From Clostridia bacterium (GTDB taxonomy: Bacteria > Bacillota > Clostridia > Christensenellales > CAG-138): 61,425 nucleotides of DNA. Position numbers and translations under genes: made by a program. The stretch covers positions 1 through 61,425 of the forward strand of contig JAFOQN010000036.1 in the NCBI GenBank assembly GCA_017393775.1. The letters are read 5' to 3'. Under the pieces are notes generated by a model. That model ran no database searches, was not told the DNA's origin, and was given only the letters and a program-made list of their open reading frames with translations. This document shows, one piece after another, positions 1 to 9,780 of this stretch (position 1 is the stretch's first letter; each line of letters begins with the position of its first letter).

Positions 1-2066
1 ATGAACGGCATAAACGGATGCAGCAGCTTCATTGAGGTCGACAGCACATACAGAAGCACGGACGATACGCGAGCCTTCTCCCCTGCGTCATCGCTGTAAA
101 GCGAGGGCTTTGCCAGTTCGATATACCAATCGCAGAGTGTACCCCAGATAAAGTCGTAAATCTTTTCCGCCGCAAGATTCAGCTCATATGCTTCGAGATT
201 TGCGGTCACGTCGCGAATCGTACGGTCAAGCTGCGCCAGAATCCACTTATCGATAATCGAAAGCTTGCTTTCGTCAAACTCCGGCTTCGTGTTCTCATCG
301 ATGTTCATCAGCACAAACCGCGCCGCGTTATAGACCTTGTTGCAGAAGTTCCGCGCCGCTTCGACCTTTTCGGTATAGAAGCGCATGTCGTTTCCGGCGG
401 CATTGCCCGTTACGAGTGAGAACCGCAAAGGGTCTGCGCCGTACTGCTCGATGATCTCCAGCGGATCGATGCCGTTGCCTAAAGATTTGCTCATCTTGCG
501 TCCGAGTCCGTCGCGCACCAGTCCGTGGACGTAGACCGTCTTGAACGGTTCCTCCTTCATGACCTCCGCCGCAAACGTGATCATGCGGGAGATCCAGAAC
601 GTGATGATGTCATAGCCTGTCACAAGCGTATCGGTGGGATAGAAATACTTGAGCTCCTCCGTCTCCTCTGGCCAGCCGAGCGTTGAGAAGGGCCAGAGTC
701 CCGAAGAGAACCAGGTATCGAGCACATCCTCATCCTGGCGAAGCTTTCCGCCGCACACCGGGCATTTTTCCGGCGTTGTTTCTTCGCAGAACGTTCCGCC
801 GCAGTCGTCGCAGTAGTACACCGGAATGCGATGTCCCCACCAAAGCTGGCGCGAAATGCACCAGTCGCGAATATTCTCCATCCAATGGAAAAAGTTCTTA
901 TCGAACCGTTCGGGCACGAACTTGACTTTGCCGGAACGAACCATATCGATCGCCGGACCGGCAAGCGGCTTCATATCCACGAACCACTGCTTTGAAACAA
1001 TCGTTTCGATCGTCGTATGGCAGCGGTAGCAGGTGCCGACGTTGTGCGTGTAGTCCTCTATCTTCACGAGATTGCCGCTGTCTTCGAGGTCCTTTACGAT
1101 ATTCCTGCGGCATTCAAAACGATCCTGTCCGCAGTACTTTCCGCCTTCTTCGTTGACGTGCCCGTCATCGGTGAACACGCGCAGTACCGGAAGGTTGTGA
1201 CGCTGACCCACTTCGAAGTCGTTCGGATCATGCCCGGGCGTGATCTTCACGGCGCCGGTTCCGAACTCCATTTCGCAGTATTCATCGCCGACGATCGGGA
1301 TCTCACGATTCACAAGCGGCAGCACAACGGTCTTGCCGATGATGTCTTTATAACGCGGGTCCTCGGGATGCACCGCGATTGCGGTATCGCCGAGCATAGT
1401 TTCCGGACGGGTCGTTGCGACGGTGATCGAATAGGACTTGTCCGGCGCATCATAGCGCACATGCCAAAGGTGGCTGTCCTGGCTCTCGTACTCAACTTCA
1501 GCGTCAGACAGTGCCGTCTTACAATCCGGGCACCAGTTGATAATACGGTTCCCGCGATAGATCAGGCCTTTGTCATAGAGATTTTTGAATACACGGACAA
1601 CTGCACGATTGCAGCCTTCGTCCATGGTGAAGCGCTCACGCTCCCAGTCGCAGGACGAACCCATTTTCCGGAGCTGCTTTACGATCGTTCCGCCGTATTC
1701 CGCACGCCATTCCCATGCACGCTTTAAGAATGCTTCACGTCCGATGTCTTTTTTTGTCAAGCCTTCTTTTGCGAGCGCTTCAACGATTTTCACTTCGGTC
1801 GCGATCGACGCATGGTCCGTTCCCGGAAGCCACAGCGTTTCATAGCCGCACATCCGCTTGTACCGGATGATCGTGTCCTGCAGCGTATTATCCAGCGCGT
1901 GTCCCATGTGCAGCTTGCCCGTGATATTGGGCGGCGGGATCACGATCGTGAACGGTTTCTTTTCGGGATTCGGCGCGGCATGGAAATAACCGTTTCGCTC
2001 CCACTTCTCGTACCACGCATGCTCCACGCTTGCGGGGTCGTAGGTTTTCGGCATTTCTGGATTCAT
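1..2066 (-). CDS. valS: valine--tRNA ligase, N-terminal ~690 codons (C-terminus lies beyond window start)
   Basis: Absent from the ORF track because it runs off the window edge. Manual reverse translation from ATG 2066-2064 (AAGGAG RBS at 2075-2080) gives [30 protein letters not shown]... It carries the class I HIGH motif ([15 protein letters not shown]) and KMSKS ([11 protein letters not shown], near 480-520). Confidence 0.95.
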   Translation of the reverse strand, partial: MNPEMPKTYDPASVEHAWYEKWERNGYFHAAPNPEKKPFTIVIPPPNITGKLHMGHALDNTLQDTIIRYKRMCGYETLWLPGTDHASIATEVKIVEALAKEGLTKKDIGREAFLKRAWEWRAEYGGTIVKQLRKMGSSCDWERERFTMDEGCNRAVVRVFKNLYDKGLIYRGNRIINWCPDCKTALSDAEVEYESQDSHLWHVRYDAPDKSYSITVATTRPETMLGDTAIAVHPEDPRYKDIIGKTVVLPLVNREIPIVGDEYCEMEFGTGAVKITPGHDPNDFEVGQRHNLPVLRVFTDDGHVNEEGGKYCGQDRFECRRNIVKDLEDSGNLVKIEDYTHNVGTCYRCHTTIETIVSKQWFVDMKPLAGPAIDMVRSGKVKFVPERFDKNFFHWMENIRDWCISRQLWWGHRIPVYYCDDCGGTFCEETTPEKCPVCGGKLRQDEDVLDTWFSSGLWPFSTLGWPEETEELKYFYPTDTLVTGYDIITFWISRMITFAAEVMKEEPFKTVYVHGLVRDGLGRKMSKSLGNGIDPLEIIEQYGADPLRFSLVTGNAAGNDMRFYTEKVEAARNFCNKVYNAARFVLMNIDENTKPEFDESKLSIIDKWILAQLDRTIRDVTANLEAYELNLAAEKIYDFIWGTLCDWYIELAKPSLYSDDAGEKARVSSVLLYVLSTSMKLLHPFMPF

Positions 2067-2087
2067 TGTACCATCTCCTTTAAAACA

Positions 2088-2316
2088 AATACGCCCACTT
2101 CGCCAAAGGACGAAGTGGGCATTCGCGGTACCACCTTTGTTAAACAGACGGATCTGTTTCTCTCTGCGCCTGTAACGGGGCTGAACCGGATGCAGTTACT
2201 CAAATTCTCCGCATCGACTCAAAAGCGACCTTCTGCGATTCGCGACCGACCGTTCTTTCAGCCTTGGAACGGATCTCTGACGGACGAAGCGCATACTCCT
2301 CTTTCTCAAAGTCTTT
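2088..2316 (-). promoter_or_regulatory. T-box leader (tRNA-sensing transcription attenuator) upstream of valS
   Basis: On the minus strand the conserved T-box sequence AAAGGTGGTACCGCG (2124-2138) sits immediately before a terminator hairpin GCCCACTTCG/CGAAGTGGGC (2093-2120) and a T-rich run. Upstream there are AGAGA and GCTGAAAG stem-I-like elements and several GUC (Val) triplets. I cannot pinpoint the exact specifier by eye. Confidence 0.75.
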
Positions 2317-2322
2317 TTATGC

Positions 2323-2350
2323 AGTTTACCACAATTCTCGCGATTGTCAA
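2323..2350 (-). promoter_or_regulatory. sigma-A-type promoter for the valS leader
   Basis: Minus strand reads TTGACA (2350-2345), a 16-nt spacer, then TGg-TAAACT (extended -10, 2328-2323). It lies inside the 3' end of the upstream CDS. Confidence 0.45.
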
Positions 2351-2355
2351 GTCTT

Positions 2356-4236
2356 TTATTGCTCTGCTGCCCAGGCATTCATCCGATCGTTGAGCAGATC
2401 AAAATAACCCGGTCCCCAGCTCAGATATTCCTCGAAGAAAGAGATCTTGTCGCCCTTGCTGCAGCGATTGGTCATATCGAACAGTTCGCAGAAACCGCCG
2501 GTATACTTGAAGAAATAGATCGGCATATCGATCGCGTAATCATAAAAGTCTTCCGCATAGCTTTCAAGATTGCTCTTGCTCAGATAGTTTTTGACGTCTT
2601 CGATCGAGGCGCCCTGTCCATTTACCATCAGGGAGACGATCGTGACAAGGATATTGCCGTAATACTCGTTCAGGAAGGTTGCGACAGCAAGATCCTTACC
2701 GTATTTTTCGTTGATCTGCGCAATGTTCCATTCCGCGTTGGTCGACCACGATTCCGCATAACCGTTGTTTTCGATCATCAGCTGGAACTTCGGGATCGTG
2801 CCGAGTGCGTACTGGTAAGTAAACTGATACATATGTCCGGGGAACCCTTCATGCGCAAGCGTGGACATGCTGTAATGCGCCTGATCCTTCGGGTTTGTCA
2901 GAATGATGTTGTGCTGATAACCGTCCAGCGCCGGCGTAAGGTATGCCGCGGGCGAAAAGCTGTCCTGCAGCTCCTCCGGAACCTCGGTGTAGGTCACCTC
3001 CACTTCCGGCATCGGCGGTACAATCTTCGGCATGAGCGTCTTCAGGTATGCCTCGTCTCCCGCAAGAGACCCCGTTGTGATCTGCTTGCCGCTCACAAGA
3101 TCATTATAACAATTCATTGCCGAAGTAAGGAAGATCGTAAAGACGGTATCATTGCACTGTTCAAGGAATGCGATCTCATCCTCCACCGTGCGGTTGTTCG
3201 ATGCTTCCGCCTTCATCTTCCAGCAATAGTAATCGTATGCCGCGCCGCCTTGCTCGTGCGCGCCGATACGGGCGCGGCACTTCGGTCGAAGCGTCTCCAA
3301 TCCGTCATGGAGCTGCTGATACGCATCGACCCATGCAGTTTTGACCAGCTCGTCGTTTTTCGCAATATATGCTTCCCGCGCTTCCGGTGTCAGGAAATCA
3401 AGCTTCTCCATGGCTTCGCGGAACGTGCCGTGCAGATAGCTCGTTTCGCCGCTGTCGGCAACGGCCTGAAGATCCGAAAGAATGACGTCAAGCATTTTTT
3501 CCGTCATGAAAAATCCGCGGTCTGCGCGCTCCTGCTCAAATACAAGCACCTGTCCGAAGTAACGCGGCATGTCCGCCATCAGTGTCAGGTAATTCTCGAT
3601 ATCCTTCTCGTCCTTGAAGGAATAGAGACCGAAGAACAGCGGCATATTCATATGCAGGCCGACGTACTCGTCGAGCGGCTCGTAGTTATAGAACCAGTCC
3701 TTCGATTCGATCTCCATATCGAAATAACGGCAATAGGTGTCGTAAGCAAACTGCAGATGATCGGAAAGGAGACTGCGGTCGATCGCATTCAACTTCTTAC
3801 GCCAATTGCGGCACTCTTCGACCCACTCGTTGTTGGCTTCTTCGGTAAACTCTCCGAGCGTGACCGGAACTGTGGATTCATCGATGCCGAAGCTTGCCGG
3901 ATCGACACAGTACTGATCCAGTGACGTGATGTCGGATGTTGCGCGATCGAGGAACAGCTCTTCGTCCAATGCCAAAAATGCCGCTTCCGCTGCCTTTTGC
4001 TCTTCCGTTTTGGGTTGCTCCGGTTTTTTTGTGGGGCGCGGTTTCTCGGTCTCCGGTGCTGCCGGCTCCTGCGTCGGATTCACTTCGATCGCCGTCTCCG
4101 GTGTGATTTCAGTTCCGCAGTTGTTCGCAATTGAAATGCAGCGTGCAAAGCGAGCGTTCATCATGCTGCATCCGAATATGCCGAGCAGCATGATGCATGC
4201 AAGCAGCAGGGCAAAGATCCGTTTGGGTTGATTCAT
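2356..4236 (-). CDS. DUF885-family protein, predicted lipoprotein
   Basis: 626-aa ORF with an N-terminal signal and lipobox (LLACIMLLGIFGC). It has a Pro/Glu/Thr-rich linker and a C-terminal HEGFPGHMYQ motif typical of DUF885 metallopeptidase-like proteins. Confidence 0.75.
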   Translation of the reverse strand: MNQPKRIFALLLACIMLLGIFGCSMMNARFARCISIANNCGTEITPETAIEVNPTQEPAAPETEKPRPTKKPEQPKTEEQKAAEAAFLALDEELFLDRATSDITSLDQYCVDPASFGIDESTVPVTLGEFTEEANNEWVEECRNWRKKLNAIDRSLLSDHLQFAYDTYCRYFDMEIESKDWFYNYEPLDEYVGLHMNMPLFFGLYSFKDEKDIENYLTLMADMPRYFGQVLVFEQERADRGFFMTEKMLDVILSDLQAVADSGETSYLHGTFREAMEKLDFLTPEAREAYIAKNDELVKTAWVDAYQQLHDGLETLRPKCRARIGAHEQGGAAYDYYCWKMKAEASNNRTVEDEIAFLEQCNDTVFTIFLTSAMNCYNDLVSGKQITTGSLAGDEAYLKTLMPKIVPPMPEVEVTYTEVPEELQDSFSPAAYLTPALDGYQHNIILTNPKDQAHYSMSTLAHEGFPGHMYQFTYQYALGTIPKFQLMIENNGYAESWSTNAEWNIAQINEKYGKDLAVATFLNEYYGNILVTIVSLMVNGQGASIEDVKNYLSKSNLESYAEDFYDYAIDMPIYFFKYTGGFCELFDMTNRCSKGDKISFFEEYLSWGPGYFDLLNDRMNAWAAEQ

Positions 4237-4312
4237 GTTCGTATTCTCCTTTGTATGATTCCAATGCGGTCGTTCACGACATTGTCAAATATTCTGTAAG
4301 GAACGTGCTCTG

Positions 4313-5248
4313 TCAAAGCAGCGTCTGCACCGATTCGGGAATGCCGCCGAGTCGCGTAAGCGCCGTTTTGAAGTCTTCCGGCAGCGGTGCGAGAAACGTC
4401 ATTTTCTCTCCCGTTTTGGGATGCGTAAACGTCAATCGATATCCGTGCAGCGCCTGTCCGTTCAGCCCGAGCTTCGGCGCTGCGGAACCGTATACCTCGT
4501 CACCGACGATCGGATGCTTGATATACGCCATATGCACGCGGATCTGGTGCGTGCGCCCCGTTTCCAGTGCTACATCCAAAAGCGTTTCCGTGCCGAATCG
4601 TTCAAGCACATGCCAATGCGTGACCGCTCTTCGTCCGCCCTCCGTGACAGCCATGCGTTTGCGATCGGTTTTATGCCGTCCGATCGGCGCGTCGACCGTG
4701 CCGCTGTCTTCTTTTAGGTTCCCGTGTACGATGCACAGATATTCGCGGTGCGCCGTATGCAGTGCAAATTGCTTTGCAAGCGCTTCATGCGCGATATCGT
4801 TCTTTGCTACGACGAGAAGCCCGCTTGTCAGCCGGTCAATCCGGTGAACGATACCCGGTCGGATCTCTCCGCCTGTACCGGACAGCGTCTGAAATCGGAA
4901 CAAGAGCGCGTTGACAAGCGTCCCGTTCGGATTGCCCGGCGCCGGATGCACAACCATTCCCTTCGGTTTGTTGATGACCGCAAGATCCTCATCTTCATAG
5001 ATAATGTCCAGCGGAATATTCTCCGGCTCCGGAAGTGTTTCGCCGGTTTCCTTCGGCATCTGCAGCCGTATGACGTCGCCGATTTTGACCTCGGTATTCG
5101 CTTTGCACGGTTTGCCGTTCCGCTCTACCGCGCCGTCCTTGATCAGCTTTTGCAGCTTTGACCGGGAAAGCTCGGTGTTGGAAGCAAGGAACGCGTCAAT
5201 CCGCTTTTCTTCCGTCTCCGCGATCAGCAGGATCGTTTCCGTCGTCAT
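4313..5248 (-). CDS. rluD: RluA-family 23S rRNA pseudouridine synthase (RluD-like)
   Basis: 311 aa with an S4-like N-terminus and the catalytic motif HRIDRLTSGLLVVAKN. Confidence 0.9.
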   Translation of the reverse strand: MTTETILLIAETEEKRIDAFLASNTELSRSKLQKLIKDGAVERNGKPCKANTEVKIGDVIRLQMPKETGETLPEPENIPLDIIYEDEDLAVINKPKGMVVHPAPGNPNGTLVNALLFRFQTLSGTGGEIRPGIVHRIDRLTSGLLVVAKNDIAHEALAKQFALHTAHREYLCIVHGNLKEDSGTVDAPIGRHKTDRKRMAVTEGGRRAVTHWHVLERFGTETLLDVALETGRTHQIRVHMAYIKHPIVGDEVYGSAAPKLGLNGQALHGYRLTFTHPKTGEKMTFLAPLPEDFKTALTRLGGIPESVQTLL

Positions 5249-5936
5249 GCGATTCCTCCGGTTTCTCCTCTTCCTCGTCCTCGGGGATCAATTCTTCAAA
5301 GCGTGAAAGCTTATTCTTTTTTCGTTCCTTCGCTGCTTTTTCGGCTTCTTCGCGCGTCGGCAGGCGAAACAGGCGGCGGTATTCGTCTTCGAAGCATTCG
5401 AACACGCCGAATTTCATGAAAAATGCTTCAAACACGAGCAGCCCGATCGCAATGCAGATCGCGGAATCCGCGATATTAAAGATTGGAAAATCGATGAAGC
5501 GTGTGCAGATCATGTCGCGCACATAGCCGAATACAACACGGTCATACAGGTTTCCGATCGATCCGCCGATCAACAGGCCCACGATCACACGGGAAAGCTT
5601 CGGAAGTTTCTTGCCGGATCGGATCGTGAAGAAAAGCAGTAAAAAGAGAAAGATCGAGGTCAGTGCGAGCAGCAGGCGCGACGCCCACGGATTGCCGCTG
5701 CCGAGCCCCCAGAGCGCGGCGTCATTCGGCGTAAAGCTCAGGACGATGAACTTGCCGTCCTGCGGAATTGCGTTCTGCTGTGCGATTGCGCTTTGCGACA
5801 GAAACGAACGCAGCGCGGAAAGATCGTATAACGAGCCGGAATACCCGAGCGTACCGACCACATGTGACGAAACGATCCAGTATTTTGATATCTGATCCAG
5901 CGCCAATACGAAAAGCGCGACGATAAAAAACAGCAT
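5196..5936 (-). CDS. lspA: lipoprotein signal peptidase II with a ~75-aa charged C-terminal tail
   Basis: 246 aa with a multi-TM core and the FNIADSAICIAIG motif. The tail is Lys/Glu/Asp-rich and the ORF overlaps the rluD start by 53 nt. Confidence 0.85.
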   Translation of the reverse strand: MLFFIVALFVLALDQISKYWIVSSHVVGTLGYSGSLYDLSALRSFLSQSAIAQQNAIPQDGKFIVLSFTPNDAALWGLGSGNPWASRLLLALTSIFLFLLLFFTIRSGKKLPKLSRVIVGLLIGGSIGNLYDRVVFGYVRDMICTRFIDFPIFNIADSAICIAIGLLVFEAFFMKFGVFECFEDEYRRLFRLPTREEAEKAAKERKKNKLSRFEELIPEDEEEEKPEESHDDGNDPADRGDGRKAD

Positions 5937-6560
5937 TTACTCCTCCGTTATCCCTGCGAGCTCAGTCGGATACAGGTTTTCATAGTTTTCCTGCGCCTGC
6001 AGCACGCGGTTGACATAATTCTTTGTTTCTTCATACGGAATATAAGCGATTCGTCCTCTGCTGTCAAGTCCGTATTCGGAGAGCCATTGCGCCGCTTTGT
6101 TCGGTCCCGCATTATACGCCGCAAGCGCAACCGCTTTGTTTTGGTCGAAGCGGTCAAGCTGCTGTCGAAGATAATAACACCCAAAGCGGATTGAGGTCTC
6201 AGGCTCGAACAGATCCTCAACATGGAAGGTCACGCCGAGCGCTTCGGCGATCTCCTCTCCCGTGGCGGGCATGATCTGCATCAAACCTCTTGCACCGGCG
6301 CGGCTGACGGCTTCCTCTTTGAATTTGCTCTCCGTTGAAATCACGCCGGCGACGAACGAAGGTTCCAGGTCGTATTCCTCGCTGTATTTTTGGATCAGTT
6401 CCACATATTTCAATTGGAATCTTGACCGCATAAACCGCGGAATCATCCAGAATACGATCAGCGACGTCAAAATGAGGCACGCCATGATCATGGCAAGCAC
6501 GATCAACGTCGTCTTTTGCTTCTTGGTCATGCGCACGTCTTCCGCATTCGTTTCATTCAT
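5937..6560 (-). CDS. lytic transglycosylase (SLT domain), membrane anchored
   Basis: Motifs ESKF...GARGLMQIMPATG and AYNAGPN, plus one N-terminal TM segment. I chose the start at Met13 (6560) because it forms an ATGA overlap with the coaE stop. The longest ORF starts at 6596. Confidence 0.85.
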   Translation of the reverse strand: MNETNAEDVRMTKKQKTTLIVLAMIMACLILTSLIVFWMIPRFMRSRFQLKYVELIQKYSEEYDLEPSFVAGVISTESKFKEEAVSRAGARGLMQIMPATGEEIAEALGVTFHVEDLFEPETSIRFGCYYLRQQLDRFDQNKAVALAAYNAGPNKAAQWLSEYGLDSRGRIAYIPYEETKNYVNRVLQAQENYENLYPTELAGITEE

Positions 6561-7153
6561 TGCAGTTCCTCCCGTATCCGATCGATCAGCGCACATGCCT
6601 GTTCCCGGAATGCATCGATCGTCCCCTCGTTTCTTATCGTGTATGCGGCAAGCGCTTCGCGTGTTTCATCCGTGATCTGTGCCCGAATGCGTGCGCGAAC
6701 CAGTTCCTCGTCAGTGCCGTCCCTTAGCATTGCACGTTTGATCCGGATCTCCTCGCGGCTGAGAACTGCGATCGTACATGCGCAGAACGCGTCCATTCCG
6801 GTTTCAAACAGCAGCGGTACATCCCATACCGCAAGCGGCGCGTCTGAAGCTTCCGTTCTTTGCAGCATTTCCCTTAAAACAAACGGATGCACAATGGCGT
6901 TCAGTGCGCTCCTTGCTTCGTTGTCCGAAAACACTTTCGCGGCGATCGCTGCGCGATCCAGCGTTCCGTCCGGTCTCAGCACGTCCTTTCCGAAAAGATC
7001 AACAACCTGCGGAAAGCAATCGGACGCCGGCGTCAAAGCAAAGCGCGAGATCTCGTCCGCATCGATGACCGGAATGTTATGTTCTGCGAAGCACAGCGCA
7101 AGCGTGCTCTTGCCGGAACCGATGCCACCTGTAATGCCGATGATGCGCGTCAT
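6557..7153 (-). CDS. coaE: dephospho-CoA kinase
   Basis: P-loop IGITGGIGSGKST. The start at 7153 (MTRIIGITGG) overlaps the polA stop as ATGA. The longest ORF starts at 7180. Confidence 0.9.
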   Translation of the reverse strand: MTRIIGITGGIGSGKSTLALCFAEHNIPVIDADEISRFALTPASDCFPQVVDLFGKDVLRPDGTLDRAAIAAKVFSDNEARSALNAIVHPFVLREMLQRTEASDAPLAVWDVPLLFETGMDAFCACTIAVLSREEIRIKRAMLRDGTDEELVRARIRAQITDETREALAAYTIRNEGTIDAFREQACALIDRIREELQ

Positions 7154-9705
7154 TTTGTTTCGTACCAGCTTTCTCCGCATTTTGCTTCGGCGACCAGGCG
7201 GACAGAAAGCGACGCCACACCCTCCATGGTGTCCTGCATCAGCCGCATGACGTTGTTCGCTTCTTCCCGTGGGCAGTCAACGATCAGCTCATCATGGATC
7301 TGGAGCACGAGCCGCGCTTTGAATCCGTCCTCCCGCAGAGCACGATCGACGTGTACCATTGCTATTTTGATAATATCTGCCGCAGTCCCCTGGATCGGCA
7401 TGTTCATCGCAACGCGCTCGCCGAACTGCCGCACATTATAGTTGCTTGCCGAGAGCTCCGGCAGCGGGCGCTTGCGATCGAACAGGGTCTCCGCATAGCC
7501 GCGTTCCTTTGCGCGGGCAACGCTTTCCTTAAGATACGACTGTACCTTCGGATACCGCTCAAAATACCGTCGGATATAGCCTGCCGCCGTCGGTACCGAA
7601 ATGCCGAGGTTCTTTGCAAGACCGAAATCGGAAATGCCGTAGACAATGCCGAAATTCACCGCTTTCGCCGCGCTGCGCTGTTCACTTGTAACGCTTTCAA
7701 GCGGTACATGAAAGACTTCTGCCGCGGTGCGGGCATGAATATCCTCGCCGCTGTTGAACGCCGCAATAAAGCCCTCGTCGCCGCTGATATGTGCAAGCAG
7801 CCGGAGCTCAATCTGCGAATAATCTGCGCCGATCAGCACGTTCCCCGCGCTCGGAATAAACGCCTTGCGGATCTCCCTGCCCTCGGGCGTGCGTACCGGG
7901 ATGTTCTGCAGATTCGGTTCCGTGCTCGAAATGCGTCCCGTTGCCGTGACGCACTGCATAAACCTTGAATGGATGCGTCCGTTGCCGTCGCGCTGTTTCA
8001 AGAGACCTTCAACGAATGTGCTGTCAAGCTTTGTCAGGAATCGATACTGCAAAACGTCGTTCACGATCGGATGCAGCGGTGCGATTTCTTCGAGTGTATC
8101 CGCATCGGTTGAAAAACCCGTCTTGGTCTTTTTCCCGGACGGCAATCCGAGCTTTTCAAACAGAATCCTGCCGAGCTGCTTTGTGGAAAGGATATTAAAA
8201 CGCTCCCCTGCCTGTTCAAAGATGCGCGCTTCCAAAGCAGACGCTGTCTCTGAAAATCGCCGATGCAGTGTATGCAGGACCGTTTCATCGGTCATAAAGC
8301 CGATCCGTTCCATGCCGTAAAGCACCCGCAAAAGCGGAAGCTCCACATCGCGTTCCAAAGAAGCAAGACCGTTTTCCTCGATTGCACGCGACATCTTCGG
8401 ATACAGCGAAAATAGATACGCGGGACTTGCTTTTTCGGTTTTCAGCCATGCACGGCACAGAGTCTCATAGCTTTCGACCGGGCGGTTGCTCTGCAGAAGG
8501 TAATCCGAAAGCATTGCGTCGAAGCGGAGCTCCGGAAGCGCATCGGCGTCAAATCCGCAGCGATGGAAGATCGTTTTTGCATCAAATGCGATCAACTTTT
8601 TGTGATGCGAATAAAGAAATGCGCCGAGCATGCGGTACGCTTCGTCCTCATCCATGCCAATGTCAAAAAGCGTCTCCCCCGGCGTCAGAACATATGCGGT
8701 GTCCGCTGTCCCCGCAAATGCGAGCGACGGATAAGCCGTCACTGCAACGGTATCGCAGGTCAAAAGCGCATCCAGCGCGCTCTGCATGCCGTCGACATCG
8801 GTGATTGCTACGGTATGCACTTCCGGTGCGACGTCATCCTGCACCGGCGCATTTCCGTCCGGCAGCTTATCCGCAATGCTGTTCAGTTCCAGCTCATACA
8901 GCCGCTGCTTTGCGCCGCCTGTGTTTTCGAACGAAAAGGCGCAGTCCTCGAGCGTTTCCTTGATCGGCGCTGCGGTTTCGATCGTTCCGAGCCAATAGGA
9001 AAACCGGGCGTTTTCGGCTTCCGCCGCAAGGCGCTCGCCGAGCTTGCCCTTCACCTCGGACGCGTGCGAAAGAACGCTCTCCAGATCGCCGTATTCGTTC
9101 AGCAGCTTCAATGCCGTCTTTTCGCCGACGCCGGAAACGCCGGGAATGTGGTCCGAACTGTCACCCATCAGCGCCTTGAGATCGCGCATGCGATCCGGCG
9201 TCAACCCGTATTTCTCGTTCAATACGGCTGTGTCGACGATCGAATTGTCCTTGGTATAATAGATCTTCGTGTGTTCCGTGATCAGCTGGAACGCGTCGCG
9301 ATCGCCTGTTGCGATCAACGTATCCATACCGGCCTTCTCCGCGCGGCGCGCAAAGGTGCCGAGGATGTCGTCACCCTCATACCGCGGGCATTCGATCACG
9401 GCAACACCCATGCTTCTTAAAAGCTCGCGAACGACCGGCATTTGTTTTTTGAGGTCTTCATCCGCAGGCTTGCGCCCAAGCTTATAATCCGCGTACCGTT
9501 CATGGCGAAAGGTCGGCTGATGGACGTCGAACGCAACGACCACATGCGAAGGCTCCTGCTTCAACAGATCAAGAAACTTCGTGAAAAAGCCTTTCAGCGC
9601 GCCGGTCGGAAACCCGTCGCGCGTAGTCAGATTTGCTTTGTAAAATGCATGGTATGCCTGAAACAGCAGGCTGTTTCCGTCGATTGCCAAAAGCAGTCGA
9701 TCCAT
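7150..9705 (-). CDS. polA: DNA polymerase I
   Basis: 5'-nuclease N-terminus (LLAIDGNSLLFQAYHA) and polymerase motifs DYSQIELRLLAH and LQIHDELIVD. I prefer the start at 9705 (MDRLLLAIDG, GAGGAAA RBS). The longest ORF starts at 9762. Confidence 0.95.
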   Translation of the reverse strand: MDRLLLAIDGNSLLFQAYHAFYKANLTTRDGFPTGALKGFFTKFLDLLKQEPSHVVVAFDVHQPTFRHERYADYKLGRKPADEDLKKQMPVVRELLRSMGVAVIECPRYEGDDILGTFARRAEKAGMDTLIATGDRDAFQLITEHTKIYYTKDNSIVDTAVLNEKYGLTPDRMRDLKALMGDSSDHIPGVSGVGEKTALKLLNEYGDLESVLSHASEVKGKLGERLAAEAENARFSYWLGTIETAAPIKETLEDCAFSFENTGGAKQRLYELELNSIADKLPDGNAPVQDDVAPEVHTVAITDVDGMQSALDALLTCDTVAVTAYPSLAFAGTADTAYVLTPGETLFDIGMDEDEAYRMLGAFLYSHHKKLIAFDAKTIFHRCGFDADALPELRFDAMLSDYLLQSNRPVESYETLCRAWLKTEKASPAYLFSLYPKMSRAIEENGLASLERDVELPLLRVLYGMERIGFMTDETVLHTLHRRFSETASALEARIFEQAGERFNILSTKQLGRILFEKLGLPSGKKTKTGFSTDADTLEEIAPLHPIVNDVLQYRFLTKLDSTFVEGLLKQRDGNGRIHSRFMQCVTATGRISSTEPNLQNIPVRTPEGREIRKAFIPSAGNVLIGADYSQIELRLLAHISGDEGFIAAFNSGEDIHARTAAEVFHVPLESVTSEQRSAAKAVNFGIVYGISDFGLAKNLGISVPTAAGYIRRYFERYPKVQSYLKESVARAKERGYAETLFDRKRPLPELSASNYNVRQFGERVAMNMPIQGTAADIIKIAMVHVDRALREDGFKARLVLQIHDELIVDCPREEANNVMRLMQDTMEGVASLSVRLVAEAKCGESWYETK

Positions 9706-9780
9706 ATTTCCTCTTTCTCGAAACGGCACGCCCTGGATCGGGTGCGCCGCTTCGGTCGTCATTTTCTGTTTTTCGTCAGG

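Noticed and set aside
2344-3924. 526-aa plus-strand ORF antisense to the DUF885 gene. Similar long antisense ORFs occur at 8563-9420, 11822-12778, 25262-26347, 28179-29795 (538 aa), 33266-34099, 35548-36774, 43053-43805 and 58191-58922.
   Set aside because: Each lies exactly opposite a CDS with clear family motifs. Their translations are Arg/Ala/His/Cys-rich low-complexity sequence with no motifs and no RBS. These are typical shadow ORFs of high-GC coding DNA.
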